64,000 nucleotides of DNA, taken from Labilithrix sp. GTDB lineage: Bacteria > Myxococcota_A > Polyangia > Polyangiales > Polyangiaceae. This document shows, one piece after another, positions 19,678 to 28,681 of this stretch; position 1 is the stretch's first letter, and every line of letters begins with the position of its first letter. The translations under genes and the position numbers were made by a program. The notes under the pieces were generated by a model. It searched no databases, was not told where the DNA came from, and was given only the letters and a program-made list of their open reading frames with translations. Where the stretch lies: the NCBI GenBank assembly GCA_028287065.1, contig JAQBQJ010000219.1, forward strand, positions 14,293-78,292, written 5' to 3'.

Positions 19678-21219
19678 GTGGCAATCATCTCGGTTTTGCT
19701 GAGCTTCATCGGTAAGAAGATCGGCAGCATCATCCAGGCAATTTTCGGTTGGTCCGTCACTGCGCTGTTCGGCCGTCTGCCCGGCAAGAAGCAGCTCGCG
19801 GTTTCGATCGCGCTGCTCGTCTCGATCGCATGGCCGGTGTTCGTGATCGGACTGTTCTTCCCGTTCGTCGCAGGGTGGGTCCTCGCGTTCCTGCCCGTGG
19901 AGAAGTGGACGGGCCCGACCGTCATGCGGATCATCTGGGGCGCGCTCGCGTTCCTCGCGCCGCTGCTCGTCGGTGGGCTCACGCACTGGGCCGCTCCATC
20001 GACGAAGGGCGGGCTCGTGCGGTCGCTCGTCAACGGCTACCCGCTGGCGCTCGGTTTCTTCGTGGCGTTCCTGTTCACCGTGGTGACGGTGCCGCTCGTC
20101 AAGATCGCATCGATCCTGCGCGGATGGTCGGACGAGCACGTGTACGTGCAGCCGCGGGTCGGTCGTTACGACAACGTCCTGCGTGAGCTCGCAGAGGCGT
20201 GCGCGCGCAGCGGCGTCGTGCCTGAGATCACCGAGGTGCCGACGAGCATGGCCTTGTCGACGAAGGTGCTGAAGGTCCTTGCGCACGGCATGGTCAGCCC
20301 CATCGTGGCAGAGCAGGTGAAGTGCATTCGCGGAGGCGGACTCGAGCTCTATCTCTACCCGTCCGACTTGCTCCTCCGTGGCAAGCCGGAGACGGTGGCG
20401 CTCGTCCGCGCGATGCTGACGCGAACCGAGGTCGACGCGGATGCGTATCTCGTCGGCTCGGAGGCCGGCCAGTGCATCCAGGACGAGCTCGGTCGTCTCA
20501 TCGACGTCGTGCGCAAGCACGAGAACCGCCATGAGGACGTCGGCCGGACTGCGGGCGCGCGCCTCGTCGACATCTGGAACGAGATGAACGAGTCGAAGCT
20601 CCCCTTCGACGAGTGGGTGATGCTCGAGTCGATCGCGCGCCGCGTGGAGCGCCGCCTCGTGCGTCAGAACGTCGGAGCGGACGTCTTGCCGCTCGATCGC
20701 GAGGACGACGAGCTCGACAAGATCGCCGGTCATGCGAACGTCGCCACGAAGAAGAACGAACCCTGGGGGATGCCGAAGAAGCAGCCCTCCGAACGACAGG
20801 AGAACGCGATGGCCATCGAAGTAGGGTCCCCGTCCGAGCGCAACCCGGCGCTCCTCGAGGAGGCATCGACCGCAGATCTCGTGAAGGAAGCCATGGACGA
20901 GGCGAAGGAGCTCGTTCGGCTCGAAGTCGAGCTCGCGAAGGAAGAAGTGAAGGAGGAGATCGCCCACGCGAAGCACGCGGCGATCAGCTTCGGCGTCGCG
21001 CTCGGTGCGGCCGTCATCGTGCTCTGCCTCCTTGCGGTGGCGCTCGTCCTCGCGCTCGGTGGCACGCCCGTCGCAGCGTTGCTCGTAGCCGCGGGGTTCC
21101 TCGTGGTCGCCGGCATCGCCGGATGGATCGGCTACGGCATGATCCCGAAGTCCCCGCTCGAGAAGACGCGCCATCGGCTCGAGAACGACGTCAATCAGCT
21201 GAAGGAGCACATCGCATGA
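19678..21219 (+). CDS. Membrane protein with C-terminal phage-holin-family (Phage_holin_3_6-like) domain
   Basis: GTG 19678; N-terminal TMs; C-terminal STADLVKEAMDEAKELVRLEVELAKEEV plus 2 TM; internal RBS and ATG at 20809. Confidence 0.72.
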   Translation: MAIISVLLSFIGKKIGSIIQAIFGWSVTALFGRLPGKKQLAVSIALLVSIAWPVFVIGLFFPFVAGWVLAFLPVEKWTGPTVMRIIWGALAFLAPLLVGGLTHWAAPSTKGGLVRSLVNGYPLALGFFVAFLFTVVTVPLVKIASILRGWSDEHVYVQPRVGRYDNVLRELAEACARSGVVPEITEVPTSMALSTKVLKVLAHGMVSPIVAEQVKCIRGGGLELYLYPSDLLLRGKPETVALVRAMLTRTEVDADAYLVGSEAGQCIQDELGRLIDVVRKHENRHEDVGRTAGARLVDIWNEMNESKLPFDEWVMLESIARRVERRLVRQNVGADVLPLDREDDELDKIAGHANVATKKNEPWGMPKKQPSERQENAMAIEVGSPSERNPALLEEASTADLVKEAMDEAKELVRLEVELAKEEVKEEIAHAKHAAISFGVALGAAVIVLCLLAVALVLALGGTPVAALLVAAGFLVVAGIAGWIGYGMIPKSPLEKTRHRLENDVNQLKEHIA

Positions 21220-21722
21220 ACACGCAGCCGAAAGCCCTCTCACTGAAGGAGCAGAGGTCGCGGCTCGAGAGGCGAGCGAACGTCATCCGTTCTCGCCTGC
21301 TGCGTACCATCGACGCGCTCGATACGCGCCGGCATCAGGTGCAGGAGATCGGTCATCACGCCAAGCGCCTCGCGATGCCCGCCGTCGCCGGTCTGGTGGG
21401 GATCGCGGTGGTCGCCGCGGGTACTGCCGTCGCCATCCGTGCGCTCGTCGAGCGCCGTCGCGAGCGCGACTTCCGCTATCGGCTCTCCAAGGCAATCGCG
21501 CCATTCCGCCGCCCGGACAAGGCGCCGTTCTGGCAGGACGCGCTGCGCAAGCTCGCGCTCACCGCGATCGGCATCCTGGCGAGCGAGCTCGCGAAGCGCG
21601 GCGTACAGGGCGCGCTCGGCGGCCGAGGGGCCGCCGCGCTTCTCCCCGCGCACGTCGACGGCGAGCGGACGGCGACACCTTACGTCGCGACCGGGCCGTC
21701 GGCCCCCATGCTCGGAAAGTGA
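21216..21722 (+). CDS. Hypothetical membrane protein (DUF3618-like N-terminus)
   Basis: ATGA overlap, AAGGAG RBS; IRSRLLRTIDALDTR followed by a TM. Confidence 0.7.
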   Translation: MNTQPKALSLKEQRSRLERRANVIRSRLLRTIDALDTRRHQVQEIGHHAKRLAMPAVAGLVGIAVVAAGTAVAIRALVERRRERDFRYRLSKAIAPFRRPDKAPFWQDALRKLALTAIGILASELAKRGVQGALGGRGAAALLPAHVDGERTATPYVATGPSAPMLGK

Positions 21723-21724
21723 TC

Positions 21725-22699
21725 ATGTCGACCCCGCACACCAAGATGTCGAGCGAGGACCTTCCCATCTCGCGTCCGGCCGGCGCGCCGAACGTCGCGA
21801 AGAAGGATCAGATCCTCGTCGACGAGGCCGCGCTCGAGTCGTTCCCCGCGAGCGATCCGCCCGCGTGGACGCCGACGCATGCCGGCGCACCCTCGCCCGG
21901 GCCGTTCAAGACGGAGACTCCGCGCGAGCTCCGTTCGAAGCTGCGCGTCGACGTCGAGAAGCTCTCGATGGCGGGGCGCGACGCGCAGGCGGAGTACGTG
22001 ACGAATGCCTTTCTCGAGGCCGGACGTCACGTCATTCGCATCCCGGTGGCGGGTCATCCCGGCGGCGAGAACCTCGAGGCCGTGATCCGCGGCGCGCACG
22101 ACGGCGAGGAGCTCGTCATCGGCGCACGCTACGAGGGCGAACCGAGCGGCGCCGCGGTGCTGCTCGGCCTGGCGCGCGTGCTCGACAGTCGGCGCTTCGA
22201 GCGGACCGTTCGGCTCGTCGCCTTCGCGGATGCGACCGAGGGCAGCCGCGAGTACGCGATCCGTGCGCGTCAGCAGGGCATCCTCCTGCGGGGCATGCTG
22301 AGCCTCGACAGTCTGGGGTTCCTCTCCGATCGCCCCGTGCACCGTTCGTTCGTGGCGCGGCTCGTTCCCGCGTGGCGCGGCACGTTCGTGTCCTTCGTCG
22401 GCGATCGGCGCTCGCGTCCGTTCGTCGACGAGGCAGCAGCCGCGTTCTCGCTGGGCACGGAGCTCGAGGCGCGCACGTCGGTGTTGCCGGCGCTGCTCCC
22501 GATCATCGCCGGCTCGGACCAGCGCTCGTTCGCGCTCGAGGGCTATCCGGCGGCGCTGGTCACGGACCGCGGCCCGCTGCGAGGCCGTCGGCGCCCGAGT
22601 CGGACGGTGCTGGCGTCGTGCGTGAACTACGACAACATGGCGGACGTGGTGTTCGGGTTGGCGGCGGTAGCCGCGCGAATCGGCGGTGATATCGCCTAG
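21725..22699 (+). CDS. Degenerate M28-peptidase-like protein with N-terminal ESFPASDPP motif
   Basis: NLEAVIRG..LVIGARYE, SGAAVLLGLAR, RTVRLVAF, SDQRSF..GYPA; Zn-ligand motifs altered. Confidence 0.7.
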   Translation: MSTPHTKMSSEDLPISRPAGAPNVAKKDQILVDEAALESFPASDPPAWTPTHAGAPSPGPFKTETPRELRSKLRVDVEKLSMAGRDAQAEYVTNAFLEAGRHVIRIPVAGHPGGENLEAVIRGAHDGEELVIGARYEGEPSGAAVLLGLARVLDSRRFERTVRLVAFADATEGSREYAIRARQQGILLRGMLSLDSLGFLSDRPVHRSFVARLVPAWRGTFVSFVGDRRSRPFVDEAAAAFSLGTELEARTSVLPALLPIIAGSDQRSFALEGYPAALVTDRGPLRGRRRPSRTVLASCVNYDNMADVVFGLAAVAARIGGDIA

Positions 22700-22742
22700 A
22701 CGCTTCTCCGCGAGGAACAGAAACACGATTGAACGAGGATCC

Positions 22743-23756
22743 ATGACGGTCAAGCTGCGGAAGCTCGGTGAACAAGTCGTCGTCGTCACGGGCGCGACGA
22801 GCGGCATCGGACTCGCGACTGCCCGTGAGGCGGCGCGTCGCGGTGCGCGCGTCGTGCTGGCAGCACGCAACGACGAGGAGCTCTCGAAGCTCGCCGCGGA
22901 GATCGCCGTCGCCGGAGGATTCGCGCTCGCAGTGCCGACGGACGTGGCGGATCCGCGCGCGATGGAGGATCTCCGCGACGCCGCGCTCGACAGGTTCGGG
23001 CGGATCGACACGTGGGTGAACAACGCGGGGCTGTCGATCTACGGCACGCTCGACGCGGTCGATCTCGTCGAGGCACGACGTCTGTTCGACGTGAACTTCT
23101 GGGGCGTCGTCCACGGCTGCAACGCGGCAGTGGCCGCGCTGAGGGAGCGCGGCGGCGCCATCATCAACATCGGCAGCGTGCTCTCGGATCGCGTGATCCC
23201 GCTGCAGGGCATGTACTCGGCGTCGAAGCACGCCGTGAAGGGCTACACCGACGCGCTGCGCATGGAGCTCGAGATGGAGCACCTGCCGATCGCCGTGACG
23301 CTGGTGAAGCCGTCGGCGATCGACACGCCGTACACGGAGCACGCGCGGAACCACATGGACATGGCGCCGCGCAACCCTCCGCCCGTGTACGCGCCGAAGG
23401 TCGTCGCCGACGCCGTGCTCTTCTGCGCAGAGCATCCGCGTCGCGACGTCATCGTCGGTGCGGGCGGCAAGGTCTTCAGCGTGCTCGAGAAGATCGCGCC
23501 GAGGCTGACCGATCGCGTGATGGAAGCGACGATGGAGAAGATGCAGAAGAGCAAGCGGCCGAAGGACGGGGGAGGCGACAACCTCTTCATGGCGCCGCTC
23601 ATCGAGGGACGAGAGCGCGCGGCGCACGGCGAAGGCGCGGCGAAGGTGCGCGAGAGCAGCGTGTACACGGCGCTCGCGCTGCGGCCGCTGGCGTCCGTCG
23701 CGGCGCTGGTCGTCGTGGTCCTCGCGATCGGCGGGATCGCGTTTTCACGGCGCTGA
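22743..23756 (+). CDS. SDR-family oxidoreductase
   Basis: TGATSGIG, WVNNAG, YSASK; GAGG RBS. Confidence 0.93.
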   Translation: MTVKLRKLGEQVVVVTGATSGIGLATAREAARRGARVVLAARNDEELSKLAAEIAVAGGFALAVPTDVADPRAMEDLRDAALDRFGRIDTWVNNAGLSIYGTLDAVDLVEARRLFDVNFWGVVHGCNAAVAALRERGGAIINIGSVLSDRVIPLQGMYSASKHAVKGYTDALRMELEMEHLPIAVTLVKPSAIDTPYTEHARNHMDMAPRNPPPVYAPKVVADAVLFCAEHPRRDVIVGAGGKVFSVLEKIAPRLTDRVMEATMEKMQKSKRPKDGGGDNLFMAPLIEGRERAAHGEGAAKVRESSVYTALALRPLASVAALVVVVLAIGGIAFSRR

Positions 23757-23757
23757 G

Positions 23758-24453
23758 TCAGGCGAGATCGAACACGAGCACCTCGCCGTTGTCCTTGCCG
23801 GTGATCTCGAAGGTCCCAGCCTCGTCGATCGCGGCGGCGTCGCCCGCGGCGAGCGACGAGCCCGCGAGCTCGATCGCGCCGCGCACGACGTGCACCCATG
23901 CGCCTCGACCGGGCTTCACTTCGAACGGCGCGCGCTCGCCGGTGTCGAGCAGCCCGGCGTAGAGGCTGACGTCCTGCTGGACGCTGACGGAGCCGTCGCG
24001 ACCGTCTCGCGATGCGACGAGCCGCAGCTTGCCGCGCTTCTCGTCGGGGGTGAACGTCTTCTGCTCGTAGGCGGGCTTGCCGCCCGGCTTGGTCGGCACG
24101 ATCCAGATCTGGAGGAAGTGGACGAGGTCCGTCTTGCTCGCGTTCTGCTCGCTGTGCGTCACGCCCGTGCCGGCGCTCATGCGCTGCACGTCGCCGGGCT
24201 TGATGATCGAACCCGTGCCCATGCTGTCCTTGTGCTCGAGCGCTCCCTCGAGGACGTACGACACGATCTCCATGTCGCGATGCGCGTGCGTGCCGAAGCC
24301 CTTGCCCGGCGCGACACGATCCTCGTTGATCACGCGCAGGGCGCGAAACCCCATGTGAGCCGGATCGAAGTAGTCGGCGAACGAGAACGTATGGAAGCTC
24401 TTGAGCCATCCGTGGTCGGCCAGCCCTCGTTCTCCCGCGCGGCGGATCTTCAT
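23758..24453 (-). CDS. Pirin-family protein (YhhW-like quercetinase)
   Basis: HTFSFADY, LRVINED, HAHRDMEI, AGTGVTHSE, FLQIWI. Confidence 0.93.
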   Translation of the reverse strand: MKIRRAGERGLADHGWLKSFHTFSFADYFDPAHMGFRALRVINEDRVAPGKGFGTHAHRDMEIVSYVLEGALEHKDSMGTGSIIKPGDVQRMSAGTGVTHSEQNASKTDLVHFLQIWIVPTKPGGKPAYEQKTFTPDEKRGKLRLVASRDGRDGSVSVQQDVSLYAGLLDTGERAPFEVKPGRGAWVHVVRGAIELAGSSLAAGDAAAIDEAGTFEITGKDNGEVLVFDLA

Positions 24454-24484
24454 GGCCGGCATGGTAGCCTCGCCAGCCGTACGC

Positions 24485-24883
24485 ATGGAACCTCGTCTAA
24501 GCTTCGTCACGCTCGGTGTCTCGAACCTCGAACGCGCGGTGCGCTTCTACGAGAAGGTGCTGCGATTTCCGCGGCTGCCTTCCGACAAATCGATCGCGTT
24601 CTTCGAGCTCGGGAGGACCTGGCTCGCGCTCTACCCGCGCGAGTCGCTCGCGGCCGACGCCGGCGTCGCAGCGGAGAGCAGCGGCTTCGTGGGCTTCACG
24701 CTCGCACACAACGTGCACTCCGCGAAGGAGGTGGACCGAGTGATGAAGGAGCTCGAAGCCGCAGGCACCAAGATCGTGAAGCGCCCGAAGACCGCCGTGT
24801 GGGGCGGCTACTCGGGCTACTTCGAAGACCCCGACGGCTTCCTCTGGGAAGTCGCCTACAACCCGCATTTCCCGCACACATGA
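24485..24883 (+). CDS. VOC/glyoxalase-family protein
   Basis: RLSFVTLGV, WGGYSGYFEDPDGFLWEVA. Confidence 0.92.
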   Translation: MEPRLSFVTLGVSNLERAVRFYEKVLRFPRLPSDKSIAFFELGRTWLALYPRESLAADAGVAAESSGFVGFTLAHNVHSAKEVDRVMKELEAAGTKIVKRPKTAVWGGYSGYFEDPDGFLWEVAYNPHFPHT

Positions 24884-25851
24884 CGCACGCCATCGTCATG
24901 CACGAGACGGGAGGGCCGGAGGTCCTCCGCTGGGAAGTCGTCGAGCTCCCGCCGCCGGCCGCGGGAGAGGTGCGCGTGCGCCACACGGCGATCGGCGTGA
25001 ACTTCATCGACACGTACTTCCGCACCGGCCTCTACCCCGTGACGCTTCCGGTGGTGCTCGGATCGGAAGCGGCGGGCGTGGTCGAGGCGACGGGCGAGGG
25101 TGTCACGTCGTTCGCGAAGGGCGATCGGGTCGCGTACGGGACGGGGCCGCTCGGCGCTTATGCCGAGGCGCGCAACATGCCAGTCGCGCACCTCGTGAAG
25201 GTGCCCGAGGGCATCGACGACAAGGTCGCAGCCGCATCGATGCTGAAGGGCATGACGGCGCAGTACCTCGTGCGCCGCACGTACGCGGTGAAGAAGGGCG
25301 ACACGATCCTCGTCCATGCGGCGGCGGGCGGCGTCGGGCTCATCTTGTGTCAGTGGGCGAAGCATCTCGGCGCGACGGTCATCGGCACGGTCGGAAGCGA
25401 AGAGAAGGCGAAGCTCGCGCGCGAGCACGGTTGCGATCACGTCGTGCTGTACCGAACCGAGGACGTGCCGTCGCGCGTGCGCGAGCTCACGAACGGCGCC
25501 GGCGTTCCGGTCGTCTACGACTCGGTCGGCAAGGACACGTTCGCGGCGTCGCTCGCGAGCCTGAAGCCGCGCGGCCTGATGGTGACGTTCGGACAATCGT
25601 CCGGACCGGTCCCGCCTTTCGATCCGCGGCAGCTCGCGAAGGGATCGCTGTATCTCACGCGTCCGGTGCTCGGCGACTACGTGCGCGAACGCGCCGAGCT
25701 CGAGGCGACGGCGCGCGAGCTGTTCGAGGTGATCGCGAGCGGCGCGGTCCGGATCCGGATCGCGCAGACGTATCCGCTCCGCGACGCGGAGCGCGCGCAT
25801 CGCGACCTGCAAGCGCGAAAGACGACGGGGTCGACGGTGCTGCTACCCTGA
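24880..25851 (+). CDS. qor: NADPH:quinone oxidoreductase (zeta-crystallin type)
   Basis: IGVNFIDTYFRTGLY, HAAAGGVG, VYDSVGKDT, FGQSSG; ATGA overlap. Confidence 0.92.
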   Translation: MTHAIVMHETGGPEVLRWEVVELPPPAAGEVRVRHTAIGVNFIDTYFRTGLYPVTLPVVLGSEAAGVVEATGEGVTSFAKGDRVAYGTGPLGAYAEARNMPVAHLVKVPEGIDDKVAAASMLKGMTAQYLVRRTYAVKKGDTILVHAAAGGVGLILCQWAKHLGATVIGTVGSEEKAKLAREHGCDHVVLYRTEDVPSRVRELTNGAGVPVVYDSVGKDTFAASLASLKPRGLMVTFGQSSGPVPPFDPRQLAKGSLYLTRPVLGDYVRERAELEATARELFEVIASGAVRIRIAQTYPLRDAERAHRDLQARKTTGSTVLLP

Positions 25852-26023
25852 CCCTGTACTAGAGGAGAAGGGTGGATCGGGGGCTCCCCACCCCACGCGT
25901 CAGGCCCCCCTCACGGCCTTCATGAGCATGCTAACGATGCCATGAAAACCCGCTATTTCGGGGGTTTTGGCGATGTCACACCGGTGCCTTCAAGTGGCCC
26001 CAGAAATGCCTACATCATGCTTC

Positions 26024-28492
26024 ATGGTGGGAGTAGGTAAGGCGTTCCGCTGGCTTCGGCCGCTCGCTGCGATCGGGATCGCCGCCCTCGTCGGCTGCGG
26101 ATCGAGCGCGGACGAAGGGTCCACGAAGGACGATCCGTCGACCGAGCGCGGCAACGAGCCCGGCGACGGGACGTCGTCGACCATCCCGGGCCTCGATACC
26201 AAGGAGCTCCGCGAGCGACCCTGGGAGGTCGTCTCCAACAAGGGTGAGACCTACCTCGCGAACGTCTTCTACGCGGACGCGTCGCAGAACGAACAGGTCA
26301 TGCCGTGGATGATCGACGGACGCGCCGTCATCGATCGCCTCGTGTACCCGACGCTCGGCAACCCGAACCTGTACGTGAAGGACGAAGCGAACGACGAGCT
26401 GACGATGGTCCTCCGCATCGAGCCGAACGCGTTCGATCACCTCGCGCCCAAGGCTGGTCCCTCCGCCGCCGGCGAGCCCAGCGAGCTGTCGCTCACGCAG
26501 GACGAGCAGAACCGCTTCGCCTTCTTCCTCGTGAACCACTCCGCGCGCGCGCAGGCCACCGAGAGCCCCAACGCGCAGAAGGCCGCGGGCGGCGTCTACG
26601 AGATCGTCCCGAAGAAGATCCAGATCAATGCCGAGCCCGCGGACATGCCCTCCGCCCTCGGGGCGCGCAAGACGATCCGCTTCGTCTTCGATCAGGCCGC
26701 CATGAAGGGTGTGCCCGCTGGCCTCTACGACGCGCGCTTCGAGGTCAAGAAGGCCGGCGCCGTCTACGCGAACGTCTTCGAGTACCAGTACAACTCGGTG
26801 CGCGTCTTCGATCACGCGTCCGAGGAGTACACCGCGCTGAACGTGACCGACACGCAGGTCTCCGTCGGCGACGAGTACAAGAGCCTCACCGCCGACAAGC
26901 TCGACGACTTCGTCGACGCCGTGAACGCGAACACCGAGCCCGCGGTGAAGACCGCCGCGTTCATCACGTTCAACGGCGACCTCCACAACGGCGGTTCGCC
27001 CGGCACGCTGCGCGAGCGCACCGTCGCGTCGACGTACAACGGCGAGGCGAAGCGCATCCTCGGCGCGCTGAAGCGCCTGAACCTCCCGATCTTCCTCACC
27101 GCCGGTAACCACGACGGATACGCGTCGCTCGGACGGGCGCCCAGCGCCGTCGTGACCGTCGACGCGAAGCTCGGCGACTCGCTCCAGAAGGTCGTCGAGG
27201 AGCAGAACAACCACGCGTGGCCCGACTTCACGTGGGACAAGTACGCGGCGTTCCTCGCCAAGACCGACAACACTCGCGACGGCCTCCACCGCGACGTCTA
27301 CACCGGCGCGTTCAAGCGCGGCGTCGGCGACACGTACGAGGCTTCGTTCGCCGAGGTCCCGCGCGACGACCGCAACATGGTCCTCTACGACGGCTTCCAC
27401 CAGTGGCAGAAGACGTACGGACCGCTCTACGCGTCGTGGTCGTTCGGCAAGAACCGCTTCGTCTCGATGAACACGTACGAGCTCCGCCAGCACCGTCGTA
27501 CGGGCTGGGGCATGTACACCGTCAACTACGGCGGCGCCGTCGGTCAGACGCAGATGGAGTGGCTCGATCGCGAGCTCGGTCGCTCGCGCCTCACGAACGA
27601 GGACGTCACGCTCCTGATGCACCACGACCCGCGCGGCGGGCACAAGGGCAAGGACCTCGGCTACTACTTTCCGATGCTGCGCTACGCGAGCGTCCAGCAG
27701 TCGACGATCAACTACCTGTTCAACGAGGTCTTCACGCCGCTCATCTGCAAGCAGGACGACATCACGCTCTCCGTCAACGATCGCGAGAGCTGCCTCCACG
27801 ACGGTCTCCAGGAGTGGATGGGACCCGACGAGGAGTTCGAGAAGACGCCGAACGGCTTCTATCTGTCGGGCATCGAGCTGCTCTCACGCGTCGCGAAGAA
27901 CCCGCAGGTCCGCACGCTGCTCATCGGCCATGCCCACCTGAACTCGCTCGAGGTGATGCAGCAGGGCGACGAGCTCGTGCCGAACCGCGTGAAGCTCGAC
28001 GACAAGAGCCCGGCGCGCCTCGAGTCGCTCGAGACCGCGAATCCCGTGCGCCGCTTTGCATGGCAGGGCGAGCTCGCGCACGGCGGCGCGAAGGCCGCGT
28101 TCGACGACACCGTCGCCGAGGCTCCGATCGCACGCTCGTCGCTGAACGATTACCGCATCAAGCTCGACGCGCAGCTCTCCAGGGCGACCGCGAACATGCC
28201 GCGCACGCTGGAAGCGCCGGCGTCGGGCGGGGCGCGCGACCTTGCCATCATCCGCATGACGTCGGCCGCCGACCTCACGAGCCAGAAGTACGGCGCGGAC
28301 AAGATGTTCGGCTGGTCGGTGCTCCACGTGACGAAGCAGGCGGCGGGCGCCGCGCGCATCAACCGGGTCACGTTCATGATCCACACGGGCCCGGACGCGT
28401 TCGCGAAGATCAAGACCGTCGACGTCGACCGCACGAAATCGCTGGCCGCCCGAGGCGCCGAAAACCCCGTCGATCAGCTGTTCGACTGGTAA
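26024..28492 (+). CDS. Large lipoprotein metallophosphoesterase
   Basis: LVGC lipobox; VTDTQ, NGDLHN, AGNHD, MHHD, GHAH motifs. Confidence 0.8.
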   Translation: MVGVGKAFRWLRPLAAIGIAALVGCGSSADEGSTKDDPSTERGNEPGDGTSSTIPGLDTKELRERPWEVVSNKGETYLANVFYADASQNEQVMPWMIDGRAVIDRLVYPTLGNPNLYVKDEANDELTMVLRIEPNAFDHLAPKAGPSAAGEPSELSLTQDEQNRFAFFLVNHSARAQATESPNAQKAAGGVYEIVPKKIQINAEPADMPSALGARKTIRFVFDQAAMKGVPAGLYDARFEVKKAGAVYANVFEYQYNSVRVFDHASEEYTALNVTDTQVSVGDEYKSLTADKLDDFVDAVNANTEPAVKTAAFITFNGDLHNGGSPGTLRERTVASTYNGEAKRILGALKRLNLPIFLTAGNHDGYASLGRAPSAVVTVDAKLGDSLQKVVEEQNNHAWPDFTWDKYAAFLAKTDNTRDGLHRDVYTGAFKRGVGDTYEASFAEVPRDDRNMVLYDGFHQWQKTYGPLYASWSFGKNRFVSMNTYELRQHRRTGWGMYTVNYGGAVGQTQMEWLDRELGRSRLTNEDVTLLMHHDPRGGHKGKDLGYYFPMLRYASVQQSTINYLFNEVFTPLICKQDDITLSVNDRESCLHDGLQEWMGPDEEFEKTPNGFYLSGIELLSRVAKNPQVRTLLIGHAHLNSLEVMQQGDELVPNRVKLDDKSPARLESLETANPVRRFAWQGELAHGGAKAAFDDTVAEAPIARSSLNDYRIKLDAQLSRATANMPRTLEAPASGGARDLAIIRMTSAADLTSQKYGADKMFGWSVLHVTKQAAGAARINRVTFMIHTGPDAFAKIKTVDVDRTKSLAARGAENPVDQLFDW

Positions 28493-28681
28493 CGGAGACC
28501 CGAGACGAGATTTTGCCGCCAAGACGCAGAGACGCCAATTTTAGGGGCGCGCTTCGCGCGGGACGACCGAACGAGATCGCGACGCCGAAAGGATCGCTTG
28601 TCCCGCGCGAAGCGCGTACAAAAAATCTCGTTGGCGTCTTTGCGCCTTGGCGCCAAAATCTCGTCTCGTCTCGCCCGTTAC
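28489..28681. repeat. Nested palindromic element (REP/MITE-like) between convergent genes
   Basis: 38-bp IR 28501-28538 / 28631-28668 (3 mismatches); perfect 17-bp IR 28548-28564 / 28600-28616; terminal gtaacgg/ccgttac. Confidence 0.85.

Noticed and set aside
14793-20033. 1746-aa ORF antisense to tamB
   Set aside because: High-GC antisense shadow: Arg/Asp/Val-rich, no motifs, and the sense strand is a clear TamB.
20809-21219. Holin as a prophage marker
   Set aside because: No endolysin, structural or integrase genes; this family is commonly chromosomal.
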